A stretch of 64,000 bases of DNA from Candidatus Onthousia faecavium. Its GTDB lineage: Bacteria > Bacillota_I > Bacilli_A > RF39 > UBA660. The DNA lies in the NCBI GenBank assembly GCA_018711135.1, contig DVIS01000026.1:3172-67171 (forward strand), written 5' to 3'. This document shows, piece after piece, positions 45,289 through 54,564 of the stretch. Each line of letters begins with the position of its first letter. The first letter of the stretch is position 1. Under the pieces are notes generated by a model. It was not told the DNA's origin. It did not search any database and worked only from the letters and a program-made list of their open reading frames with translations. Made by a program: the position numbers and the translations under genes.

Positions 45289-46184
45289 TGAAAATAATCG
45301 AAATGTTGGCTCCACTTGGTTACAGTTGTAGACCAGGTATATCAAGAACTGGTTTCAAAGGTATAACTATCCATAACACATCAAACAATAATAAAGGTGC
45401 TAATGCAATAGCTCACGCCAACCTTTTAAGAGGTTCTTGGAAGAATGTAACTACATCATGGAATTACGTTGTAGATCAAGATAGAGCGGTTAGGTGTGTT
45501 CCAGAAAATGAGGTAGCTTGGTGCCAAGGTGATGGTAGAGGCGATGGAAATATGAAAACTATCTCTATTGAAATATGCGATAATTCTGATGGAGATATTA
45601 AGAAAGCTACTGATAATGCAGTAGAACTATCTGCAGAGATATTAAAAAGATATGGTGTTACAAATGCCAGTAGTTACTTATTTCAGCACAACCATTGGAC
45701 TGGGAAAGACTGTCCTTACGATATAAGACGTGGTAATCCTTATGATTGGGATACTTTTGTTTCTAAAGTTCAAGAAAAATTAAACGGTAGTGGTTCTAGT
45801 TCTACAACTCCAGCAGACCAAGTATTAAAAGTTGGTTCAAAGGTAAAGTTTAATGGTGTATTTAAAGTAAATGAAATAATATTGCCTAATAGCAAATATC
45901 CTAATGGTGCTATCGGATGCTATGATACTTGCTATGGTTCTCCATGTGGAATAAATGATTACATTCCTAGTGGTCCACTTGCTAAATGTAATTCTGATGG
46001 AAGCAGTGCTAATTACAATGCAATTTTAAATGTTGGTGACTACTGGAAATGTGACAATACTTTTACTGTAATAGGTGTTGAACTCCCAACCACTTATTTA
46101 AAAAATGGTGTAGCAATTCTAGAAGCTGATGGAGTTCAGTTTAGATGTGATTGTGGGCCTTTATACGAAGTAGCTAATAATTAA
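45288..46184 (+). CDS. endolysin: N-acetylmuramoyl-L-alanine amidase (Amidase_2/PGRP) plus C-terminal wall-binding region
   Basis: ITIHNTSN...AHANLL...SWNYVVD...EVAWCQGDG...ISIEICDN...HNHWTGKDCP are Amidase_2 zinc-site and fold motifs. A GSGSSS linker precedes a roughly 110-aa C-terminal domain. Confidence 0.88.
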   Translation: MKIIEMLAPLGYSCRPGISRTGFKGITIHNTSNNNKGANAIAHANLLRGSWKNVTTSWNYVVDQDRAVRCVPENEVAWCQGDGRGDGNMKTISIEICDNSDGDIKKATDNAVELSAEILKRYGVTNASSYLFQHNHWTGKDCPYDIRRGNPYDWDTFVSKVQEKLNGSGSSSTTPADQVLKVGSKVKFNGVFKVNEIILPNSKYPNGAIGCYDTCYGSPCGINDYIPSGPLAKCNSDGSSANYNAILNVGDYWKCDNTFTVIGVELPTTYLKNGVAILEADGVQFRCDCGPLYEVANN

Positions 46185-46189
46185 TAAAA

Positions 46190-46225
46190 GGTAGAGTCTT
46201 AATTTTGGCTCTACCTATTTTTTTA
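46190..46225 (+). terminator. intrinsic terminator after the endolysin gene
   Basis: GGTAGAG 46190-96 pairs with CTCTACC 46209-15, followed by TATTTTTTT. Confidence 0.75.
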
Positions 46226-46290
46226 TAATAGTTTTTTCAGTAAATTTAGTATCTTTAAGTTCTTAGTTTATATAAGTGTCCCTTTTGTAA

Positions 46291-46298
46291 TATGGAGG
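46291..46298. repeat. attR core (TATGGAGG)
   Basis: Direct repeat of 10202-10209. It is preceded by an in-frame TAA (46288-46290) and followed by the colinear CotJC sequence. Confidence 0.85.
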
Positions 46299-46773
46299 TA
46301 GTAATGGAGAATTAGCAGCAGCACTAAGATATTTAAATCAAAGATATACAATGCCTGATCAAAAAGGTCAAGCCTTGTTAACTGATATTGGGACTGAAGA
46401 ATTAGCTCATGTAGAAATGATTTCTACAATGGTGTATCAATTATTAAAAGGTGCAACGGTTGAAGAATTAAAAGCTGCTGGTCTTGCTTCTCATTATGCA
46501 GAACATAAAAAAGCTTTATATCCAACTGATGCTAACGGTGTTCCTTTTACAGTTACTTATTTTGCTACGACTGGAGATCCTTTAGCAGACATTATGGAAG
46601 ATATGGCCGCAGAACAAAAGGCAAGAGCTGTTTATGAGAACTTAATAGAGCTTACTGATGATCCTGATGTTATTGGACCACTTTTATGGTTAAGACAAAG
46701 AGAAATAGTTCATTATAATGCTTTTGAAGACTTATTCAATTATTATGATAAAATGTTAAATAATAAAAGCTAA
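46291..46773 (+). CDS. cotJC: cotJC 3' segment (manganese-catalase-family spore coat protein, residues about 29-188)
   Basis: In frame from the att core: YGGSNGELAAALRYLNQRYTMPDQKGQALLTDIGTEELAHVEMI...EDMAAEQKARAVYE...LRQREIVH is colinear with CotJC. The track ORF 46351..46773 is its Met-initiated part. Confidence 0.9.
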   Translation, partial: YGGSNGELAAALRYLNQRYTMPDQKGQALLTDIGTEELAHVEMISTMVYQLLKGATVEELKAAGLASHYAEHKKALYPTDANGVPFTVTYFATTGDPLADIMEDMAAEQKARAVYENLIELTDDPDVIGPLLWLRQREIVHYNAFEDLFNYYDKMLNNKS

Positions 46774-46804
46774 GAACTGTAAATATTTTATGATAAGAGT
46801 AGAC

Positions 46805-46824
46805 GCAAAAGTGTTTGCTTTTTT
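46805..46824 (+). terminator. weak terminator after cotJC
   Basis: GCAAA-AGTG-TTTGC hairpin followed by TTTTTT. Confidence 0.45.
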
Positions 46825-47014
46825 CTTTTATAAAATAAATTGTTTGAAAATAAAACATAAAAAAAGTTATTATGAAAGTATAAATAACAATACATAAACT
46901 TATTATTTTGGTACTGGCCTTATTTTGTAATATAAACCTTGTAATTACAAGAAAAAATCTTGTCTTGGAGCTTAATATTTGTTAAAATGATAAAAGTAGA
47001 GAGTGGTGTTTTAA

Positions 47015-49960
47015 ATGTACTTGAAAGAAATAGTAACTAATGGATTTAAATCTTTTGCAGATAAGATGGAAATAAAATTAGATGATTCTATTACTTGTAT
47101 TGTTGGACCTAATGGTAGTGGTAAAAGTAATGTTGTTGATGCGGTAAGATGGGTTTTAGGTGAACAATCAGTTAAAAACTTACGTGGTGAAGGTAGCATG
47201 AGTGATGTTATTTTTGCAGGAAGCGACTCTAGAAAACCAAAGAATCAAGCAAGTGTTGAACTTATCTTTGATAATAGTGATCATTATCTAAACATTGATT
47301 ACAATGAGGTTAGTATTAAGCGAAGAATATATCGTAGTGGAGAGAATGAATATTTCCTTAATAACAATAAATGTCGTCTTAAAGATATTACCGATTTGTT
47401 TTTAGATAGTGGAGTGTCAAAAGAATCATTTAATATTATATCTCAAGGAGAGGTTGCAAGAATACTAAGTGAAAGTAAAGATGATAGACGGCTTGTCTTT
47501 GAAGAAGCAGCAGGTATTTTAAAATATAAAAAAAGAAAAGAAGAAGCTTTGAAAAAACTTGCGAAAACAAATGAAGCGATGGCTAGAGTTGAAGATATAA
47601 TTAGTGAGCTAGAAATGCAAGTTAATCCTTTGAAAGAACAAAGTAAAAAAGCACTTCAATATAAAAATACGAAAGAAGCTTTAGAAAAACTTGAAATAGC
47701 TTTGATTGCTTATGATATTTATAACTTATCAAGTGAAGAAGAAATACTTAAAGAAAAGAAAGATAATTTAATAAAAGAAATTACAACTATCAAAAGTCAA
47801 AGTAATCTTGATAGTAGTTCAACTTTAAAAAATAAAACAGATTTGTTAACAAAAGAAAAAGATTTAGAGTTTGTTCAAAAAGAACTACTTAATATTACAG
47901 AGAGTTTGGGATCATTAAATCTTGATTTAAATCTCTTAAAAGAAAATAGGAAAAATAAAAATCAAACTGATAGGGAAGCCACACTTAGAACTTTATATGA
48001 GACTAAAGTTAATCTAAATAAAGAAATAGAGCTATTAGAAGAAGAAATAAAAATAACTGATGAAGAAATCCTCAATATTAATAAAGACTTAGAAGCTCAT
48101 CAAAATAATCTTAACAATTTAAAAATTAGACTTAAAGATTATGAACAAACATATAGTAAGCAGGATAGGGATATTTTATCTACTAAACATAAGATAGAAT
48201 TACTAAAATTAGAAGCTGAAAGAGGTAGTGCTCTTCCAGATACAGTTAAGAAGATTTTAAATACAGATACTTTAAGAGGAATATATGATATTATTGGTAA
48301 CGTTATAAGTACAAAAGAAGAATATACTAGATGTTTAGATGTTGCTATAAGTAGTAGTAAAAACTTTATTATAACTAAAGATGAAGAAACAGCCAAAGAA
48401 GCAGTTAGATATTTAAAGCATAATAACTTAGGAAGAGCTACATTCTTTCCTTTAGATGTTATAAAGAAACGTTATGTAGATAAAGAAAGTATAAATCTTT
48501 TAAATAATCAAGATGGCTATGTTGGAGTTTTAGCTGATTTAGTTGCAACAGATGAAAAATATAAAAATATTATCTATAATCAATTAGGTCTAGTTTTAAT
48601 AGCAACTGACTTGGATACAGCAACAATAATTAGTAAAAAAATTAATAGACGTTATAAAGTAGTTACCTTAGCAGGTGATGTAATTAATGTAGGGGGATCA
48701 TTAACAGGTGGATCTAACTATAAAGGTAGAAGTAGAGTTATTATTAATCAGGAAATTACTAATCTTACTAATCTTGTTACAAGTTTAACGGAAACAAATA
48801 AGAAAATCGTGTTAGACATTAATGATACAAGAAGCGATATGAAAAAACTAGAAGATAAAGTATATGAATTTGAGAAGAATTTAAAACTATTGACGGAGGG
48901 TAATGACCAGAAGAATAACTCCTTAAAAGATAAGAAGAAAGACCTAGAAAGTATTCTTAAAAATATTGCTAATTATGAAGGTAGTACAGAAGAGTTTGAT
49001 GATAAAGAAATAACTTTATTAGAACAAATAAGTAAATCTAGTACTTATAAAGAAAAATTAGAATTAAAATTAACAACCTTAAAGAAAGAGATAGGCATAT
49101 TAAAAGAAAAGATAGATGAAGAAGAGAGTAATAGTAGATATCAAAATAATTTAGTTAGAAAAAAAGAAGAAGAGAAAGTTTCTTTGGAAATAAAACTTAG
49201 TAGAATTGATGTTAAATTAGATACATTATTAAATACTTTAAATAGTGAATATGCTATTACTTATGAAAAAGCCAGAGAAAGTTATTCTTTAGATGAAGAG
49301 GTTGAAGAAGCAAGATATAAGGTTAATAATTATAAAGCGGTTATTAAAAGTTTAGGAATGGTTAATTTAGCAGCGATAGAAGAATATGAAAGAGTAAGTA
49401 CTAGATATGAGTTCCTTTTACATCAAAAAGAAGACTTAGAAAAAGCTGAAGCCACACTTATGGAAATAATGCGGGAAATGGATGAGGTTATGAAGAGTGA
49501 ATTCTTAAAGACTTTTGAACAGATAAGAAGCGAATTTAAACAAGTATTTAAAGAATTATTTCATGGTGGTCATGCTGATTTAAAATTAACTGATGATGAT
49601 ATTTTAACAACAGGAATTGAAATAACTGCTTGTCCTCCAGGTAAAAAGTTAACGACAATTAGTCTTTTATCAGGAGGAGAGAAGACTTTAACAGCGATTA
49701 GTTTATTATTTGCTATTATAAATATTAGAACTATTCCTTTTTGTATCTTTGATGAGGTAGAGGCAGCATTAGATGAAGCGAATGTTATTGAATTTGGTAA
49801 TTACTTAGCTAATTATAAGAATAAAACGCAGTTTCTAATTATAACCCATAAAAAGAAGACTATGGAGTTTGCTGATACATTATATGGTATTACGATGCAA
49901 GAGTCTGGAGTATCAAAGTTAGTTAGTGTAAAACTAACAGGTCATGAAGAACTTATTTAG
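47015..49960 (+). CDS. smc: chromosome condensation protein Smc
   Basis: 981 aa. N-terminal Walker A GPNGSGKSNVVDAVRWVLGEQS, long coiled coils with a hinge (about residues 420-530), C-terminal LSGGEKTLTAISLLFAI and Walker B FCIFDEVEAALD. Confidence 0.92.
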   Translation: MYLKEIVTNGFKSFADKMEIKLDDSITCIVGPNGSGKSNVVDAVRWVLGEQSVKNLRGEGSMSDVIFAGSDSRKPKNQASVELIFDNSDHYLNIDYNEVSIKRRIYRSGENEYFLNNNKCRLKDITDLFLDSGVSKESFNIISQGEVARILSESKDDRRLVFEEAAGILKYKKRKEEALKKLAKTNEAMARVEDIISELEMQVNPLKEQSKKALQYKNTKEALEKLEIALIAYDIYNLSSEEEILKEKKDNLIKEITTIKSQSNLDSSSTLKNKTDLLTKEKDLEFVQKELLNITESLGSLNLDLNLLKENRKNKNQTDREATLRTLYETKVNLNKEIELLEEEIKITDEEILNINKDLEAHQNNLNNLKIRLKDYEQTYSKQDRDILSTKHKIELLKLEAERGSALPDTVKKILNTDTLRGIYDIIGNVISTKEEYTRCLDVAISSSKNFIITKDEETAKEAVRYLKHNNLGRATFFPLDVIKKRYVDKESINLLNNQDGYVGVLADLVATDEKYKNIIYNQLGLVLIATDLDTATIISKKINRRYKVVTLAGDVINVGGSLTGGSNYKGRSRVIINQEITNLTNLVTSLTETNKKIVLDINDTRSDMKKLEDKVYEFEKNLKLLTEGNDQKNNSLKDKKKDLESILKNIANYEGSTEEFDDKEITLLEQISKSSTYKEKLELKLTTLKKEIGILKEKIDEEESNSRYQNNLVRKKEEEKVSLEIKLSRIDVKLDTLLNTLNSEYAITYEKARESYSLDEEVEEARYKVNNYKAVIKSLGMVNLAAIEEYERVSTRYEFLLHQKEDLEKAEATLMEIMREMDEVMKSEFLKTFEQIRSEFKQVFKELFHGGHADLKLTDDDILTTGIEITACPPGKKLTTISLLSGGEKTLTAISLLFAIINIRTIPFCIFDEVEAALDEANVIEFGNYLANYKNKTQFLIITHKKKTMEFADTLYGITMQESGVSKLVSVKLTGHEELI

Positions 49961-50088
49961 TGTATATATATTATAAATTTACTCTGTGTTATTGCTGTTA
50001 GTATTAAAATATGTTAGACTTGTAGTGAGTAAATAATAGAAAGAAGGTATGAAAATGAGAACTAGCACCCGTTTACAAAAAGTTACCT

Positions 50089-50097
50089 GGGGGGGGG
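50089..50097 (+). repeat. homopolymeric G9 tract
   Basis: Nine consecutive G residues in an otherwise AT-rich intergenic leader, about 100 nt upstream of the 50195 gene. Confidence 0.9.
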
Positions 50098-50137
50098 TAC
50101 TTTAGAAGCTTAAGTACTTTCTTTAAGCATACAATAA

Positions 50138-50167
50138 GAGCAGGATAGGTGTATTCTGTTCTTTTTT
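50138..50167 (+). terminator. intrinsic terminator/attenuator in the leader of the 50195 gene
   Basis: 10-bp stem 50138-47/50152-61 with two G.U pairs (+ sense only), a GGTG loop and U6 at 50162-67; ends 12 nt before the GAAGGGAG RBS. Confidence 0.6.
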
Positions 50168-50194
50168 ATGGTTAAATGAAGGGAGTAATACAAA

Positions 50195-51970
50195 GTGAAA
50201 AAAATATTATTAAATACTAAACTATCAAAGATATATGTTTTAGGTTCAATATTAATTAGTTTCTTACTATTAGCAAGTTACTTTTCTTATGCCATGTTTA
50301 CAGTAAGTAAGGAAAAAAGTAATGCGATAAGTATCGTCACGGGAAATTTAACTTATGACTTAAAAGTAGATGGAGAAGAAGGAAATACTTTAACTGTTCC
50401 TAGTGGAACATCTATTGAGTTTATAGTTACTTTAAGTAATCCTAATGAGAGAATAGCAAGATTTAACTTTTATTATTTAGATGAAATACCAGCAAATGTA
50501 AATGTTGGTTATATTACAGATTGTGAAACAAATCCTTTACCAGGAGCGACAGGTGTTAATTTAGAAAGTAGTGAATCTATAGGTAGTAGTAATAAATATA
50601 AAATAATGGTAGAAAATAATTCTAGTAATGAGGTAGTAATAGAGTTAGGAGTACGAGTAGGACTAGATTATAATGATTTAAGTTTACCAAGTAATGGTCA
50701 TTTATTTACAGAATATACAAATGAACCAAATGCTCCAGAACTAGATACCAATATGATTGCTGTGAAATATGAAAATAATAATTGGGTAAAAGCAGATATA
50801 AGTAATGCTAATAATGATTGGTATAACTATAATGAACAGAAATGGGCCAATGCTGTAACTGTCAGTAGTAGTACAAGGGAAAGTTATAAAAATGCTTCTA
50901 TAGGAACCATAGTAAATATAAATGATATAGAAACCATGTGGGTATGGATACCAAGATACAGTTATAGTATTGCAAGTGAAGATGGAACTAATTATTATGG
51001 ACGAAAGGGGTGTTATTTAGAAAGTGAACCAACTTTAGCTTTACCAGGAGAAATAGATATTAGATTTGTAAGTAATGATATAAAAGATAGAGGTAATGCA
51101 AAATACATAACAACAGGAGCAAGAGAGTATTATACTCCAGACGCCTTTGCCTTTGGTGACGAAGAACTAAGTGGAATTTGGGTAGGCAAGTTTGAGACAA
51201 GTAGTTCTAACCCAGATGCTAGTTATGGTGGAGGAAATACCACAGAGTTAGATGCCATGATAAAGCCAAATGTCACAAGTTGGAGAAATATAAATGTAAG
51301 TAATGCTTTTAATGTAAGTTTAAAAATGAATGATGAAGGAAATAGATATGGTTTAAGTAGTACTGTTGATACACATATGATGAAGAATAGCGAGTGGGCA
51401 GTAGTAGCTTACTTATCACAAAGTCGGTATGGTAAGCTAGGAAATGAAAATTTCACAGGTGTAAATAAAGAGATATATCAGAACAAGAGTAATCAATTCA
51501 TAACAGGATGTAGTTATGGAAACCCGAGTAATGAAAATACAGATTATGGATGTCAATATACTTATGATATAGACATAAATGGAACAGGAGCTAGTACAAC
51601 TGGGACAATTTATGGTGTTTATGATATGAGTGGAGGAGCTTTTGAGATTGTAATGGGAATTTACAATAATAATTTAGGCAATTCAGGATTTATAACAATG
51701 CCTGAGGTTAGATATTATGATAAGTATACAGATACTAATATAAGCTTAGCATGTAATAATAGAGAATGTTTAAGCCATGGTTTAGGTGAGATAGCAGGAT
51801 GGTATAATGATGCCAAAAATATGATAACTGTTACATCTCCGTGGGTTGCTAGTAGTGGTTATTATTATGATACTACTGATGCAGGTGTATTTTATTTTGG
51901 TAGGAGTAATGCAGATGCTAGTATCTACGGTTCTTTTCGCTTATCTTTAAATTTAGGTACAATTAATTAA
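50195..51970 (+). CDS. large secreted/cell-surface protein of unknown function
   Basis: 591 aa, GTG start. N-terminal signal anchor IYVLGSILISFLLLASYFSYAMF; no catalytic motif recognised. Confidence 0.7.
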   Translation: MKKILLNTKLSKIYVLGSILISFLLLASYFSYAMFTVSKEKSNAISIVTGNLTYDLKVDGEEGNTLTVPSGTSIEFIVTLSNPNERIARFNFYYLDEIPANVNVGYITDCETNPLPGATGVNLESSESIGSSNKYKIMVENNSSNEVVIELGVRVGLDYNDLSLPSNGHLFTEYTNEPNAPELDTNMIAVKYENNNWVKADISNANNDWYNYNEQKWANAVTVSSSTRESYKNASIGTIVNINDIETMWVWIPRYSYSIASEDGTNYYGRKGCYLESEPTLALPGEIDIRFVSNDIKDRGNAKYITTGAREYYTPDAFAFGDEELSGIWVGKFETSSSNPDASYGGGNTTELDAMIKPNVTSWRNINVSNAFNVSLKMNDEGNRYGLSSTVDTHMMKNSEWAVVAYLSQSRYGKLGNENFTGVNKEIYQNKSNQFITGCSYGNPSNENTDYGCQYTYDIDINGTGASTTGTIYGVYDMSGGAFEIVMGIYNNNLGNSGFITMPEVRYYDKYTDTNISLACNNRECLSHGLGEIAGWYNDAKNMITVTSPWVASSGYYYDTTDAGVFYFGRSNADASIYGSFRLSLNLGTIN

Positions 51971-52012
51971 TAAAATTTTAAAATAAAACCTCTAACTAAA
52001 TTGTTAGAGGTT

Positions 52013-52708
52013 TTAAAGAGCTATAATTGATAGGATAATTAATACTGTATTATGAAGAGCATGCATACAAATAGATGGGAAAATACTTTTTGTTTCATAG
52101 AATGTTAGAGCAAAGAAGAATCCTAAACTACCATACGGAATAATATAAAGATACTCTAAAATGTTACTACTACCTATAACGTGTAAGAGTCCAAAGACAA
52201 ATCCTGAGGCAAAACAGTAAAGCCATTTATTTTTAAATATCTTAGCAAAACCACTTCTAAAAGTAATCTCTTCAGCAATAGGTGCTAATATTCCTGCTGT
52301 TAAAATCATTAAATATGGGGTGGTACTGATTAATCCTTGTACCGCTTGTTCATTAGAAGATGTTCCTAAACTTGTTACAATACCAATAATAATATTAGAT
52401 ACACACATAATAACTAAACCAACTATCCAATACTTTAAAGCTATATCTAGGAAAGACTTATAATTCTTTTTAAAGCTTTTAAATTGTTCTTTTAAATCCT
52501 TAAAATAAAGAATTACTAAAATAATAACTAATAAAGCTTCACAAAAAGCATTTACAATAGATAAATCAGTCGCTGTATAATTATTCCGGTCAATACCAAA
52601 TAAAAGTATTGGAATAACTACTAAATAACTACTAAAATAAAATATGACAAAAGTAAGTATTCCTTTTAAGATTTCTAAAATTCTTGTTTTATTCATTATC
52701 ATCACCAT
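52013..52708 (-). CDS. CPBP-family intramembrane glutamic endopeptidase (CAAX protease-like)
   Basis: EEITFRSGF, FGLLH and HALHN motifs in a polytopic membrane protein; the true start may be ATG 52696. Confidence 0.85.
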   Translation of the reverse strand: MVMIMNKTRILEILKGILTFVIFYFSSYLVVIPILLFGIDRNNYTATDLSIVNAFCEALLVIILVILYFKDLKEQFKSFKKNYKSFLDIALKYWIVGLVIMCVSNIIIGIVTSLGTSSNEQAVQGLISTTPYLMILTAGILAPIAEEITFRSGFAKIFKNKWLYCFASGFVFGLLHVIGSSNILEYLYIIPYGSLGFFFALTFYETKSIFPSICMHALHNTVLIILSIIAL

Positions 52709-52841
52709 TAATAATTATACACTAAAAATATAATCGTTAAAATATATTTTTGACAAAAACTAAATAATAGGTTATACTTATAGACAAGAAAGGAGTGGGA
52801 AATAAAATACCCACTCTTTAGTTTTTGTTAAAGGAGGTATT

Positions 52842-53102
52842 ATGGAAGAGAAAGTAAAAGAACTTGTAGATCCAAGTATTAAAGACTTAGACCTTTATGT
52901 TAGTAGTGTTTATTACAGCAAAGAAGAAGGAGTTAAGACTTTAAATGTTGAACTTGATAGTTCTAATACCATTGATGTTAACTTAATAACAGAAGCGACG
53001 AAAATTATTAATCCTATTATGGATGATAATGGCTTTTGTGATGATATCGAGGTTTTAGACATACATTCTAAAAGTAAGGGAGATGAGCAAGATGAACAGT
53101 AA
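52842..53102 (+). CDS. rimP: short RimP-like ribosome maturation factor (N-terminal domain only)
   Basis: 86 aa immediately upstream of nusA; VDPSIKDLDLYV...LNVELD resembles the RimP N-domain. About half the usual length. Confidence 0.55.
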   Translation: MEEKVKELVDPSIKDLDLYVSSVYYSKEEGVKTLNVELDSSNTIDVNLITEATKIINPIMDDNGFCDDIEVLDIHSKSKGDEQDEQ

Positions 53103-54285
53103 AGAGTTTTTAATGGCTGTAGATAATATAGTAAAAGAAAAAAATATTGATAAAAGTATTGTCTATGATGCGATGCGAGGAGCTTTAACTAGTGCTTATA
53201 AGAAAAATGCAAAGACAAAAAATAATAATGTTAAAGTTTTAATTAATGAAGAGACAGGGGAAATAAAAGTATATTCCTTTTTAACAGTTGTTCCTGATGA
53301 CAAAATGACTAAAGAAGAATATGAAGACTACTTATTTGAACATTATACTGATGAAGATGAGGAAGAAGAGGAAGATACTGTTACTGAAGAAGAGGATAAA
53401 GAAGAGAAAGAAAAAATTAGTTTCTTTAATCCTGAATGTGAAATTAAATTAAGTGATGCTAGAAAAATAGATAAATCACTTAATATTGGAGATACTATTG
53501 ATACTGAGGTTACACCTAAAGACTTTGGTAGAGTTGCAGCATCTACTGCTAAACAAGTGGTTATTCAAAAAATTAGAGAAGCTGAACGTAATAGTATTAC
53601 TGAAGAATTTGGAGATAAACAAGATGAATTACTTGTTGGAACTGTAGCTTTAGAAGATACAGATAACTACTTTATTGATCTTGGACGTACTAATGGAATC
53701 TTACCTAAAAAAGATATTATTCCTGGTGAGAAGATTAAAATGGGTAGTACAATTAAAGTCTATGTAAGTAAAGTAGATAATAATGGACGTAACCTTTTAG
53801 TGCTTCTTAGTAGAAGACATTATGGATTTGTTAAAAGATTATTTGAACATGAAATACCAGAGTTAGCTGATGGAACCGTCCTTTTATATAGTGTAGCTAG
53901 AGAAGCAGGGGTTAGAAGTAAAGTGGCTGTATATTCAGAAAATCCTAAAGTAGATCCTATTGGAGCTTGTATTGGTGAAAAGGGAAGCCGGATTGCTAAT
54001 ATTATTACTGAGTTAAATGGAGAGAAAATAGATATCGTTAAATACGATAATGATCCTGCTACTTTTATCGCTAATGCCTTGTCACCTGCTAAAGATGTAA
54101 CGGTTTTAGTTACTGATGTTAAGAAAAAAGAAGCTTTAGTAATAGCTGATGGAGATAATTTCTCTTTAGCAATAGGGAAAAAAGGTCTTAATGCTCGCCT
54201 TGCAACGAAGCTTACTAAATATAAACTAGATATTAAAACAAGTGAACAAGCGAAAGAATTAGGTATTTCAATTAAATCAGAATAG
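53083..54285 (+). CDS. nusA: transcription termination/antitermination factor NusA
   Basis: NSKEFLMAVDNIVKEKNI, an S1 domain (GTVALED..YFIDLG) and KH domains (DPIGACIGEKGSRI; LAIGKKGLNARLA). An acidic insertion lies at residues about 90-110; the start could be ATG 53092. Confidence 0.92.
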   Translation: MSKMNSKEFLMAVDNIVKEKNIDKSIVYDAMRGALTSAYKKNAKTKNNNVKVLINEETGEIKVYSFLTVVPDDKMTKEEYEDYLFEHYTDEDEEEEEDTVTEEEDKEEKEKISFFNPECEIKLSDARKIDKSLNIGDTIDTEVTPKDFGRVAASTAKQVVIQKIREAERNSITEEFGDKQDELLVGTVALEDTDNYFIDLGRTNGILPKKDIIPGEKIKMGSTIKVYVSKVDNNGRNLLVLLSRRHYGFVKRLFEHEIPELADGTVLLYSVAREAGVRSKVAVYSENPKVDPIGACIGEKGSRIANIITELNGEKIDIVKYDNDPATFIANALSPAKDVTVLVTDVKKKEALVIADGDNFSLAIGKKGLNARLATKLTKYKLDIKTSEQAKELGISIKSE

Positions 54286-54293
54286 GAGGGTAT

Positions 54294-54557
54294 ATGAAAC
54301 AAAGAAAGATTCCTCTTAGAACTTGTGTAGTGACAGGAGAACAGTTTCCTAAGAAAGAACTACTTAGAATTGTAAAAGATAAAGAAGGAAATGTTTTTGT
54401 TGATGAAACAGGTAAAAAAAATGGGCGTGGTGCATATATTAAAAAAGATATAAATGTATTAGAGCTAGCTATAAAAAAGAAAAGTTTAGAAAAACGCCTA
54501 GAAACTACTATTCCAAGTGAGGTATATGATGAAATAAGAAAAATAATAGAAAATTAA
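54294..54557 (+). CDS. ylxR: YlxR/RnpM-family RNA-binding protein (DUF448)
   Basis: RTCVVTGEQFPKKELLRIV...GRGAYI motif; between nusA and infB. Confidence 0.88.
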   Translation: MKQRKIPLRTCVVTGEQFPKKELLRIVKDKEGNVFVDETGKKNGRGAYIKKDINVLELAIKKKSLEKRLETTIPSEVYDEIRKIIEN

Positions 54558-54564
54558 GAAAGAG

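Larger units (their letters stand above)
10210..46290. mobile_element. integrated siphophage-type prophage (about 36.1 kb, HK97-like head module, HNH/cos packaging) inserted in cotJC
   Basis: Bounded by the direct repeat TATGGAGG. Gene order is recombinase, lysogeny module, replication, many small early ORFs, late activator, HNH, TerS/TerL, portal, protease, capsid, tail, holin, endolysin. Confidence 0.93.

Noticed and set aside
46939-46952. The 14-bp palindrome CTTGTAATTACAAG upstream of smc as a regulatory operator.
   Set aside because: It is real in the sequence, but it is AT-rich and short, has no second copy, and has no associated regulator. That is not enough to assign a function.
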